64,000 bases of DNA. Origin: Candidatus Poribacteria bacterium (GTDB taxonomy: Bacteria > Poribacteria > WGA-4E > WGA-3G). The notes under the pieces were generated by a model, which did not search any database, was not told where the DNA came from, and was given only the letters and a program-made list of their open reading frames with translations. A program made the position numbers and the translations under genes. The DNA lies in assembly GCA_965116815.1 (NCBI GenBank), contig OZ220722.1:149962-213961 (forward strand), given 5' to 3'. Below are positions 9,007 through 19,652 of the stretch, in pieces. How positions within the stretch are numbered: position 1 is the first letter of the stretch; every line of letters begins with the position of its first letter.

Positions 9007-9818
9007 TCCGGCAGATAAACACTCTTCAAAGCGAAAGTCTGTGAGAAGAGTTCAGCAGTGGCACGGTAACGGCTGTAACGATATTGGACAACCCCAACGG
9101 ATGGCGCGATCCAATAAATGGCAGGTGGACTAATCAAGAAAGCCGACGGTTCGGGACTATCTCCGTAAACCACCTCTTCATGAACGACATAAGTGGTGTA
9201 ACTGCCTGCGGGGACGGTGACCCGCTCATTCTTGCCTGCTACATAGCGCGTGACCGTGACAGGTATGCCAACCGTCTTTTCAAAAACGACCCATTCTTTC
9301 CCGACTTCCAGCGGAAAATCTAATAGACGGCGTGGCGGGAAATGCTTTTGGTGATATATTGGATTATCAATAGGAAGAACAATGTCGAAAGCGGATTCTA
9401 TCAACGCCTGCGGGGTTTTGAAAAAGTAAGTAGCTAAAAGCGGATACGGGAAGTCTTCATGAAACTCGGTGTCCAACCGCAAATAATAGGCATTCGCTGA
9501 CAAGTGATCAACAGCCTCAAGGGTGAACTCGTCCGGTTTCTCAGTCGTAAGTGCACTAATTGTCATCTGTCGATGCGTTGTGCCACTGATATCGCGCGTG
9601 CCTTCAACCCGGACTGTAAATTCCTGATTGGTATCAACATTGATATAAGTCCACGCGGAGCCTGTAGCCGTTGGGAAATCGATAGCATGGAAACCTGTTG
9701 TCTCGGGCGGTGGAAGCGTTGTTTCACCGTGCGGATCAACCAACCCCTCGTCTCCACAACCCACAAGAAATAATAAAAGGATTATAATGGTTTTCGGTAA
9801 GAGACTCCTGATACACAT
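9003..9818 (-). CDS. Putative lipoprotein, unknown function
   Basis: Start chosen at MCIRSLLPKTIIILLLFLVGCGDEG (lipobox LVGC). The longer ORF to 9980 would overlap the upstream gene and read through a repeat. Confidence 0.55.
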   Translation of the reverse strand: MCIRSLLPKTIIILLLFLVGCGDEGLVDPHGETTLPPPETTGFHAIDFPTATGSAWTYINVDTNQEFTVRVEGTRDISGTTHRQMTISALTTEKPDEFTLEAVDHLSANAYYLRLDTEFHEDFPYPLLATYFFKTPQALIESAFDIVLPIDNPIYHQKHFPPRRLLDFPLEVGKEWVVFEKTVGIPVTVTRYVAGKNERVTVPAGSYTTYVVHEEVVYGDSPEPSAFLISPPAIYWIAPSVGVVQYRYSRYRATAELFSQTFALKSVYLPE

Positions 9819-9823
9819 CAGAT

Positions 9824-9866
9824 CCCTCTTTAACTGACAACTGATAACTGACAACTGACAACTATC
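9824..9866. repeat. Family A element, right arm only
   Basis: CCCTCTTTAACTGACAACTGATAACTGACAACTGACAACTA between the stop at 9869 and the start at 9818. Confidence 0.6.
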
Positions 9867-9868
9867 CA

Positions 9869-12475
9869 TCATTTTACTATACAAAATTTGCCGGTACTCT
9901 GGAACCCATTCCCATCGGTTGCCCGGAAGAAGTATAGCCCAGTGCAGACCATTTCGCCACGTGCGTTTGTGCAATCCCATTCAGATGCACTATTTAGCAC
10001 TTTGATTAAGTTTCCCAAAGTGTCGTAGATTTCAATAGTCAATCCCTTCGGATAGAAGGTGAGGTGTTTACCCTGCCCTGCATAAAGCGGGTTCGGTGCC
10101 ACCATAACATTCCGATGCTCGCTGTTCGCAATATAGTTGAAAGTGCGTCCCTGCCAAATTTGGGTGCCTGTTACACCAGCGGCGGATTGTCCACGAATTT
10201 TATAGAAATAGATACCCGTCGGTGGAAATCCGTTTGTTCGGAGTGTTCCAAGCCATTTCGTCTCGGTTTTCTGTGTTAAAACGACAGTATAATCGTTGTT
10301 ATCAGGCCCCTCCACTATCAAGTGGGGTGCGGCTTGTAGCGGTCGCGTGCTTTGAACTTCAATCTGCCATTCACCCGTGCCGTGCGGTTGAGTATCAATA
10401 AAGAAAGCAGGTGCCGTGCTTGTGGTATCCACGCTTGGGATAATACCGTTCGGCGCAATGCTTGGTGTGCCCATAAGTCCTATCGCATCAACAGGCACAA
10501 CGGCATAGTAATAATGGAGGTTGTTTGGATCAAAGAACTCGCTATCAACATCAATTCCCTCAAAGATAGTGGGGTCTTCAAACCTATTTTGCGTCACGCC
10601 AACGCGTCCGACGATGTTTATATCGTCTTCAGGGATGCCGTCTCCATTGCTATCGGCAGCACCGTGCACCACATCAGGATTCTCAAAAGGTTGAGGTACA
10701 TCTGTTTCGCGCAGCAGTAGAGAGCGTTTTCTGACGATTACGACTTCCCGAATACCCACCGGGTTCTCAACATCCCACGTTACAACCGGTCCATTAGTGC
10801 CTTGAGAGACCTGCGCGTTTGAAAGCGTTCCAGCCGACGGGGCACCCGCTGTATAACTAACAGATCCGCCAAAACTGCCACCTGGAATCACGACACGTTC
10901 GACATCAGGGTGCATATTAATTAAGATGAGGGTAATCTCCTGAATATCTCCCCCGAAATCCTTGAAGGTCATCTGCGCTTCTTGGGAACGTTGATAGGTG
11001 AACACCTCCCGGATGTCAGTGGTCCCATTCCGTTTCCTAACGATAAACTTGGCAGCCCACCCACGCAAACCGGTACCGCTGTGCCGCTGCAGTTCACTCT
11101 GAATGTTCTGTTGATCCTCAGGGGGAAGGCGACCGAGATTTATCGGCGCGAGGTCTGCGCCATCAATTCTAATGGCGAATTCCGGCATAATACCTGCCGG
11201 ACGGAAGACAATATACCGTGACGAGAAATGCTCAGGCATGGACTCTGAATCGAAATCGGCATGAACCGGATAACTCGTGTGGACATCGTTGGGATGAATA
11301 GCGATTGGTGGAAAGCGATGGGCGTTCCTATAGCCCGACATTCCAGTTGCCGTATTGGCGCGGGTATGCGTAAAATAATTCCACACCGTGAAGGTCTTGA
11401 ATGCCTCCGCGAGCGTGGTGCCGTTATCCGTAAAGACATCGTAGAAATTGCCCATCTCGCGATAACTGCCATCGGTGGTATTCCGGTAAAACTGCCGGAC
11501 GATATCGTACCCGAACCGTTCCGCCATGTATAAGGTCCAGATAACCGAACCGTACTCGTGGTCCCCGATACGACTCTCAAGTGAAATATCCGGAATGAGG
11601 AACCAGCGACGGAGCTGGTGGATGTAATAGTTATAGGAATTGGTTTCGTTCGGTTCATCAGGATCGGGAAGTGTATCGCCATCGTCAATAACCCCGCCAT
11701 CATACGTCATCACCTCTATCCAAGTTGCGGACGCTTCCATGAACCATGTCGGCATATAGGCATTATATCCAAACTGGACACCGTGCAGGAACTCATGTGT
11801 ACAAGTTGTCTCAAGATAGCGAATCCCCTCCGCTTTCCCGACGTAATCGTAGATACGAGAGTTGATCATGAAATAGGGCGCAACAGTTAGGGCAGTGGAT
11901 AAGACGCGTCCCTCAAACCAATCTGCCGTCGTGATACCAAGCGCAGGAAAAGTAAAAAGGTAGACATCGTATTTATGATTGCCACCGTTCTGCGCCGCCC
12001 AAAAATCGATGTAGGGAATTTTGAATCCCATCAGGTCAATTTGGACGTGATACGCACGTTCCATCGCATCGGCACAGAGATCAACATAATCGGGAACCCC
12101 ATTTCGTGGATGGAAATCCTCAAGGGGTGGGGCATGTGGACCGATACGCGTGTAATGGAATCTGAAATGTGGTGTATTGAATTTCTCTGGCAACTCCACC
12201 TCACCGAAGAAACTACCGGGAAGCCCAGGTCGAAGGAAAATTCCCTTTAGCTGCTGCCGATGCACGGAGGGCAAATTTTGCCAATTCTTGGCGAGGGTGA
12301 CAAAACTATCGGTTGCACATTCTGTGATTTCGCTTGCGGTATACCTCGGTTTGAGATTGGCGAACTGTCGAGCCGTTTGGATTGCACTTTGGAGTTCGGG
12401 ATCCGGTGGAAGCGTGTATGCCACGGATGAGAATACTATAGAGAGCACGATGACAAAAATAAACAGCAATTTCAT
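9869..12475 (-). CDS. Secreted HExxH metalloprotease-like protein with T9SS/FlgD-Ig-like C-terminal sorting domain
   Basis: Signal peptide MKLLFIFVIVLSIVFSSVAYT. CTHEFLHGVQ (HExxH). C-terminus ...GLYFFRATDGNGFQSTGKFCIVK. Confidence 0.7.
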   Translation of the reverse strand: MKLLFIFVIVLSIVFSSVAYTLPPDPELQSAIQTARQFANLKPRYTASEITECATDSFVTLAKNWQNLPSVHRQQLKGIFLRPGLPGSFFGEVELPEKFNTPHFRFHYTRIGPHAPPLEDFHPRNGVPDYVDLCADAMERAYHVQIDLMGFKIPYIDFWAAQNGGNHKYDVYLFTFPALGITTADWFEGRVLSTALTVAPYFMINSRIYDYVGKAEGIRYLETTCTHEFLHGVQFGYNAYMPTWFMEASATWIEVMTYDGGVIDDGDTLPDPDEPNETNSYNYYIHQLRRWFLIPDISLESRIGDHEYGSVIWTLYMAERFGYDIVRQFYRNTTDGSYREMGNFYDVFTDNGTTLAEAFKTFTVWNYFTHTRANTATGMSGYRNAHRFPPIAIHPNDVHTSYPVHADFDSESMPEHFSSRYIVFRPAGIMPEFAIRIDGADLAPINLGRLPPEDQQNIQSELQRHSGTGLRGWAAKFIVRKRNGTTDIREVFTYQRSQEAQMTFKDFGGDIQEITLILINMHPDVERVVIPGGSFGGSVSYTAGAPSAGTLSNAQVSQGTNGPVVTWDVENPVGIREVVIVRKRSLLLRETDVPQPFENPDVVHGAADSNGDGIPEDDINIVGRVGVTQNRFEDPTIFEGIDVDSEFFDPNNLHYYYAVVPVDAIGLMGTPSIAPNGIIPSVDTTSTAPAFFIDTQPHGTGEWQIEVQSTRPLQAAPHLIVEGPDNNDYTVVLTQKTETKWLGTLRTNGFPPTGIYFYKIRGQSAAGVTGTQIWQGRTFNYIANSEHRNVMVAPNPLYAGQGKHLTFYPKGLTIEIYDTLGNLIKVLNSASEWDCTNARGEMVCTGLYFFRATDGNGFQSTGKFCIVK

Positions 12476-12491
12476 GTTTTTAATTATGGAT

Positions 12492-12581
12492 AGGACTTAC
12501 GCAATTTTCTTACGAACAGCGACTACCACTCGCCACTGGCGAGGTTTAAAACCTCGCCAGCGAGGAAGCTGCGTAAGACCT
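12492..12581. repeat. Family B nested-hairpin element
   Basis: Outer IR AGGACTTACGCA / TGCGTAAGACCT. Inner hairpin CTGGCGAGGTTTAAAACCTCGCCAG (12536-12560). Second copy at 21749-21845. Confidence 0.75.
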
Positions 12582-12649
12582 GATGGAGTTCTAAGTGACT
12601 TTCTTCGTTATTAAAAAGAGTTTTTTGATTAGGTTGAGGTTTTGTTGTC

Positions 12650-13189
12650 TCAAGCAAAATGGGTAGGCTTGCCATCAAGACTGGTATGGTTCGTCTCCTT
12701 CCAATATGTTTCTACACCTTCTTCACCCTTCTTTTCTGCCCATGCGTTTAGTTGGTCTCTTTCACCGATGTAGTCATAAAGCGGGACCGCCATTCCGCAG
12801 GAGGTTTGCACGAGGTCAACGTTGAGATCGAAAATCTGTCTCGCCCCCGGCAGCGGTTGGAATAACGGAAAGAGCAGCTGCCATTCAGCATCGTCTTTGT
12901 GGACAGCCCTTGCAGTACCATAGAGGCGGAGGATCATGGGATTATCTTGAAAAGCGGTAAACATAAGCGTCATTCGCGGATTTTCTTGAACGTGCGCGGC
13001 GGTCTCATTCCCACTTCCCGTTACGTTTAACCAAGCGACGCGGTTTGAATCAAGCACACGTAAGGAATCCATACCCTTGGGAGACAGATTGATCCTGCCG
13101 TCGGCTGTTGCAGTCGCGACGAAGAAGATTTTTTGATCCTTGATAAATTGCTGTAGTTTTTGAGGAATCGTCGTGTATAATTTTGACAT
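12650..13189 (-). CDS. Pyridoxamine 5'-phosphate oxidase family (FMN-binding split-barrel) protein
   Basis: 179-aa ORF. FFVATATADGRINLSPKG...WLNVTGSGNETAAHV pattern typical of PNPOx-like proteins. Confidence 0.65.
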   Translation of the reverse strand: MSKLYTTIPQKLQQFIKDQKIFFVATATADGRINLSPKGMDSLRVLDSNRVAWLNVTGSGNETAAHVQENPRMTLMFTAFQDNPMILRLYGTARAVHKDDAEWQLLFPLFQPLPGARQIFDLNVDLVQTSCGMAVPLYDYIGERDQLNAWAEKKGEEGVETYWKETNHTSLDGKPTHFA

Positions 13190-13261
13190 CGTACTAACCT
13201 CTCCATCTCAGAAAGCGACCGAATAGGATATATAATCCACCCAGCCGCTTATACAAAGAAT

Positions 13262-14044
13262 TTAACGCGCTTTGATGGCACCCCACGTGAGCGCAAGTTT
13301 TCCTGCCGGTTCAACGTCAAAGGCAATTTGATAATTCGCCATAACCTCTTTGTCATCTAAGACACGATGGTAGACAGCAACATCATCAATCTCACCCTCG
13401 AAATAGAAGGGCTTGATAAAAGCATTACGGTCGTGTCCAACCGCGACAACAACATGGCTCCGCGTGTCGCGACTGTTTATCTTTCCATCCGCCTCGGCAT
13501 CGAGTTCACCGTTGATGTAGAGGAACTTTTTCTCGTCCTTGCCAGCAGCGACAAACGTGACATGCGTCCATTCTCCAGCTTTGACAGCGGTCTTCGTTTT
13601 GAAGACACCGAACCCATCACCGCCTCTCTGGGTTTGTATTGTACCGTCTGCTAAAAGTTCCAGCCATGAATCGCCGCCGCCTTGTGGATCATCGTCCCAG
13701 ATGATGACCTTTGGTCCGGCAGGTAGAGCTACCGGATTAATCCACATTGCGTAGGTAAGATCCTGTCCTGTGGTGGCTGGTCCCATGACGACATAATCCT
13801 CTTTACCGTTGAAACTGAGCGCATCTCCAACAATGCCCTCTACAATCTTGGGGGCACCTTTAATCTCCCCATCGTTTTCACCGAGGGCATCTTTGGCTAC
13901 CTTGGCATCGGTATCGCCCTTATCAAAAGTCCAATGCCCTCCCAATCCGTCTTCAATCGATTGTGCGTGTGCTATTCCTGTATACGCGGCTGCAAAGACA
14001 ACGACCGCCGCGCAAAAGAGCGTAAAGTATAGACCGAATTTCAT
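13262..14044 (-). CDS. Secreted LamG/concanavalin-like domain protein ending in the TWGxLK tag
   Basis: Start at MKFGLYFTLFCAAVVVFAAA (signal). LamG-like core (ALSFNGKEDYVV...WTHVTF...LYINGEL...IDDVAVYHRVL). C-terminus VEPAGKLALTWGAIKAR. Confidence 0.7.
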   Translation of the reverse strand: MKFGLYFTLFCAAVVVFAAAYTGIAHAQSIEDGLGGHWTFDKGDTDAKVAKDALGENDGEIKGAPKIVEGIVGDALSFNGKEDYVVMGPATTGQDLTYAMWINPVALPAGPKVIIWDDDPQGGGDSWLELLADGTIQTQRGGDGFGVFKTKTAVKAGEWTHVTFVAAGKDEKKFLYINGELDAEADGKINSRDTRSHVVVAVGHDRNAFIKPFYFEGEIDDVAVYHRVLDDKEVMANYQIAFDVEPAGKLALTWGAIKAR

Positions 14045-14360
14045 CTGTTCACCTCCTGGGTATCGTAAACCCATGATGTGCAATGTATTCGTCCAACAGA
14101 AATAAGATGCTCACTACTTCCATTTAACACCGATGTACATTATATACTGTTTTGGACGGATACGCAAGGGAAATAGTAGAGATATAGCATCCCGCTGGCA
14201 TGTAGGGTTTGAACGACTCTTGCTATAGATATGTTGCTCCTACGAGCCGGAAGATAATTTGAGACGGTGGACCGGCGAGGTTGGGAAATCTCGCTTACCG
14301 ATGGGAAAAATGAAGAGTCGGGATTCGGAGATCCCTCCTACAGCAATCGGGAGATTGCTC

Positions 14361-15002
14361 CTATAAGTCTTTGAGTGCTGCCCATGTTGTTGCTAATTTG
14401 TCTGAAGGGCTAACCGCTTGTGGTTCAGCACCTTCGATGTCGCTTACATGTTCACCTTCGTAGAGACGGATATGATCAAGCCAGACATCCACTTTTTGTT
14501 CGCCCATGATTATACCGGCGCGTGAATTCGCATCATCTGCCGTCATTTTGAACGTGATGAAGAATTCCTTCCACGTTTCAGACAGATTGATTGTCTGCCT
14601 CGCATATTCATTCCACGGCGCACCTTGATGTAGAATACGGATTACGACAGTTCTCGGTTTTTCGCTTTTCGCCCACAAGTTGTAAGTATAGGTCGTCCCT
14701 TTCTCCAACGTGAAAGGTTGCTGATAGAATTGGATATGCCATAGCGCGCCCGCTTTGCTAATTTTGACATAGACAACCTTCTTTCCAACGACCGGTTCCG
14801 CCTTTTTGCCCTCGGTTTGGAAAAGCGCAGCATCGGCATGCGTCCAATGGTGCCATCCTTCAAGATTGAGGTCGAAATCGCCGTTTTTGAGGATATTTTC
14901 CGGCGGTTTCTCAGCATAAGCAAGCGTTACACCCCCGAACAGCAACATCAGCACAAACAAGTAGGTGTAAGTTAGAATTCTTTTAGTTATGTTCATCTTC
15001 AT
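14361..15002 (-). CDS. Secreted carbohydrate-binding-module-like (CBM4/9-like jelly roll) protein ending in the TWGxLK tag
   Basis: AGGAGAGG directly upstream of ATGAAGATG. Signal/TM segment. NGDFDLNLEGWHHW...WLDHIRLYEG pattern. C-terminus SPSDKLATTWAALKDL. Confidence 0.6.
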   Translation of the reverse strand: MKMNITKRILTYTYLFVLMLLFGGVTLAYAEKPPENILKNGDFDLNLEGWHHWTHADAALFQTEGKKAEPVVGKKVVYVKISKAGALWHIQFYQQPFTLEKGTTYTYNLWAKSEKPRTVVIRILHQGAPWNEYARQTINLSETWKEFFITFKMTADDANSRAGIIMGEQKVDVWLDHIRLYEGEHVSDIEGAEPQAVSPSDKLATTWAALKDL

Positions 15003-15304
15003 CCTCTCCTTTTCGGTCATGCTCATCACCGTATATAGACAGTTCATTCGTCCTCAAACACCCGATTATAACGAAAATCACCAACACAATGGAAACCGAC
15101 GCGATCCGCAGACTTCTTTGAATATGATTCATAGATGTGTCCTGCTTTAAAGATGTAATTTGTAGCGTTAGTGAATTTCAGACCGACTTTGCTTTAAAGT
15201 TTTGTCAGATAGATATGAAGTCAAGGAAAGAAGGTTCGTCACATAGGGTGTGCCCGTTACGCTATAGAGAAACACGCCAAATGTATAAGTTTCTCGGATT
15301 GTAC

Positions 15305-15508
15305 TTAGAGATTGAAGACGTGTCGAAGCCATAGGAAAAATCTTGTGATGCGTCTATATGAACTTTTGATAACCTCAGAGTCACCATCCGACTCAAGCGA
15401 ACCTTCAACTGCCAGTTCTTTTTCGGCGAGTGCCTTGACTTCGTCAAAGATACCTTCCTCTTTGAGGAAATCATCAAAACTGCTGCCGCTATATTTATTT
15501 TTTTTCAT
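15305..15508 (-). CDS. Putative antitoxin fragment paired with the Gp49/HigB-like toxin
   Basis: Starts 1 nt after the toxin stop. The N-terminus MKKNKYSGSSFDDFLKEEGIFDEVKALAEKE resembles the N-terminal part of HigA-type partners, but no helix-turn-helix follows. Confidence 0.4.
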   Translation of the reverse strand: MKKNKYSGSSFDDFLKEEGIFDEVKALAEKELAVEGSLESDGDSEVIKSSYRRITRFFLWLRHVFNL

Positions 15509-15509
15509 A

Positions 15510-15866
15510 TTATTCTCTCTCCGCTCTCCACATATCTCTTCGTTTTCGCGCCAAACGCAAATCTCTTTGTGGCGTTCTTTGCGTCTTCTTGATAAAGCCG
15601 TGTAGAATTACCATCTCATTATCTTCAAGGATAAACAAAATTCGCGCTATGCGTTTCCTACGAAGGTTGCTGCGAATCTCCCATAAATCGGTTTCCAATT
15701 TCCGCACGAGGGGCATGCTCACGGGCCAACGAAACCGGACCTTTTCTATATCAACACCAATTCTTTGTTTATCCGCTTTATCAAGCCCTCGGAGCCATTC
15801 CCGCACAGGTTCATTATCCAGGTAGGTGCGAAAAAAGACGACACGGAGTTTAGGTTGCTTGTTCAT
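15510..15866 (-). CDS. Type II toxin, phage Gp49-like / HigB-RelE superfamily
   Basis: Start at MNKQPKLRVVFF. DLWEIRSNL...ARILFILEDNEMVILHGFIKKTQRTPQRDLRLARKR matches the Gp49-like pattern. The upstream part of the ORF (to 16037) overlaps 5S rRNA and is rejected. Confidence 0.7.
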   Translation of the reverse strand: MNKQPKLRVVFFRTYLDNEPVREWLRGLDKADKQRIGVDIEKVRFRWPVSMPLVRKLETDLWEIRSNLRRKRIARILFILEDNEMVILHGFIKKTQRTPQRDLRLARKRRDMWRAERE

Positions 15867-15902
15867 AATGTAAGATAACCAGATATGCCTGTAAACAAGG
15901 AA

Positions 15903-15932
15903 ATTGTAACACAATTTGGGATGCTGAGTCAA
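15903..15932 (-). promoter_or_regulatory. Sigma70-like promoter for the toxin-antitoxin pair
   Basis: On the minus strand: TTGACT (15932-15927), 18-nt spacer, TACAAT (15908-15903). About 37 nt upstream of the toxin ATG. Confidence 0.5.
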
Positions 15933-15957
15933 GAAAATCGGCAAATTGCATGAAGAG

Positions 15958-15980
15958 AGGGCAGGTGAATAACCTGCCCT
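15958..15980 (-). terminator. Hairpin downstream of 5S rRNA (putative rrn terminator)
   Basis: AGGGCAGG / CCTGCCCT 8-bp stem with a 7-nt loop, 12 nt after the 5S 3' end. The trailing sequence is only moderately T-rich. Confidence 0.45.
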
Positions 15981-15991
15981 TAGAGAGGTTT

Positions 15992-16108
15992 CCCGGCAGC
16001 GACCTACTTTCCCGCGGGGTCGCCCCCGAAGTATCATCAGCGCTGAAGGGCTTAACTACCGTGTTCGGGATGGGTACGGGTGGGTCCCCTTCGCTATAGC
16101 CACCGGAA
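15992..16108 (-). rRNA. rrf: 5S ribosomal RNA
   Basis: Reverse complement reads CCGGTGGCTATAGCGAAGGGGACCCACCCGTACCCATCCCGAACACGGTAGTTAAGCCCTTCAGCGCTGATGATACTTCGGGGGCGACCCCGCGGGAAAGTAGGTCGCTGCCGGG. Confidence 0.9.
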
Positions 16109-16123
16109 AGGTGTATAAGAATA

Positions 16124-16140
16124 TTTGACAATTGTATAGA
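16124..16140 (-). promoter_or_regulatory. 3' half of the 23S processing stem
   Basis: TTTGACAATTGTATAGA is the perfect 17-nt complement of 19184-19200. The two halves bracket the 23S gene (RNase III-type stem). Confidence 0.7.
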
Positions 16141-16169
16141 ATGTGAGGAGTCGGTAGAAGAAAGGAAGT

Positions 16170-19156
<2,987 letters not shown>

Positions 19157-19183
19157 GTAATATCATTCTACCGATTTACCCTC

Positions 19184-19200
19184 TCTATACAATTGTCAAA
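19184..19200 (-). promoter_or_regulatory. 5' half of the 23S processing stem
   Basis: TCTATACAATTGTCAAA, complementary to 16124-16140. Confidence 0.7.
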
Positions 19201-19228
19201 GAACAATGCCTATTTGTTATATAGGCGA

Positions 19229-19301
19229 TGGAGATGAGCGGAATTGAACCGCTGACCTTCTGGTTGCAAACCAGATGCTCTCCCAACTGAGCTACACCCC
19301 C
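19229..19301 (-). tRNA. tRNA-Ala(UGC): tRNA-Ala (anticodon UGC), no encoded CCA
   Basis: GGGGGTGTAGCTCAGTTGGGAGAGCATCTGGTTTGCAACCAGAAGGTCAGCGGTTCAATTCCGCTCATCTCCA. Folds as a 7/4/5/5 cloverleaf with the G3:U70 Ala identity pair and anticodon loop TTTGCAA. Confidence 0.92.
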
Positions 19302-19317
19302 ATGTGGCATGCTCTTA

Positions 19318-19347
19318 AGTATACCACAATCACGATATGAATGTCAA
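19318..19347 (-). promoter_or_regulatory. rrn promoter copy 1 (proximal)
   Basis: Minus strand: AAAAATAAAT-TTGACA (19347-19342), 18 nt, TATACT (19323-19318), with TGTGG just upstream of the -10. Confidence 0.6.
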
Positions 19348-19365
19348 ATTTATTTTTCAAAAATC

Positions 19366-19432
19366 GACCAGGGAGGAATCGCACCTCGCCTTCGGCTTTT
19401 CAAACCGAAACTCCTAATTTGAGCAACTGGTC
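19366..19432 (-). ncRNA. Degenerate tRNA-like element (Phe-type GAA anticodon loop), 67 nt
   Basis: GACCAGTTGCTCAAATTAGGAGTTTCGGTTTGAAAAGCCGAAGGCGAGGTGCGATTCCTCCCTGGTC. 6-bp acceptor, 3-bp D stem, 5-bp anticodon stem with loop TTGAAAA, 4-bp T stem with loop TGCGATT (non-canonical). Confidence 0.35.
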
Positions 19433-19447
19433 CAAAAGACGTTATTA

Positions 19448-19476
19448 AGTATACTACAAAAACCCCAAAATGTCAA
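19448..19476 (-). promoter_or_regulatory. rrn promoter copy 2
   Basis: Minus strand: GAAATAAAT-TTGACA (19476-19471), 17 nt, TATACT (19453-19448). Confidence 0.6.
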
Positions 19477-19542
19477 ATTTATTTCACGAAGACTTGCCAA
19501 AAATGTGATTTCTGTCGAATTTCAACTCACGCCGAGAAATTA

Positions 19543-19571
19543 AGTATACCATAAAACTTTAAAAAAGTCAA
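19543..19571 (-). promoter_or_regulatory. rrn promoter copy 3 (distal)
   Basis: Minus strand: AAAAATAAAT-TTGACT (19571-19566), 17 nt, TATACT (19548-19543). Confidence 0.55.
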
Positions 19572-19652
19572 ATTTATTTTTCAACATTTCAACATTACGC
19601 AAAATAGATAAGTTGTAAACCCTGTGGACCCGCTGTTGTTTCCATAGTAATA

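Noticed and set aside
9819-9980. N-terminal extension of the lipoprotein ORF (to 9980).
   Set aside because: It overlaps the upstream gene's 3' end and translates a family A repeat arm (..SCQLSVISCQLKRDL..). The internal start gives a canonical lipobox signal.
12177-12614. ORFs 12177-12614 and 21383-21856 end in similar peptides (..RHWRGLKPRQRGS.. / ..RHWRGSKPRQQRK..).
   Set aside because: The similarity comes from translating the two family B repeat copies. It is not evidence for a conserved protein.
14983-15132. Possible 49-aa small membrane protein (MNHIQRSLRIASVSIVLVIFVIIGCLRTNELSIYGDEHDRKGEDEDEHN) upstream of, and overlapping the start of, the CBM-like gene.
   Set aside because: It has one plausible TM helix but only a weak RBS, and conservation cannot be assessed from the sequence alone. 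Worth a ribosome-profiling or conservation check, but not reportable as a gene.
15867-16037. N-terminal extension of the toxin ORF (track ORF 15510-16037), and ORF 15850-16131.
   Set aside because: These overlap the 5S rRNA gene and its terminator hairpin. An internal ATG at 15866 with its own promoter gives a normal-length Gp49-like toxin.
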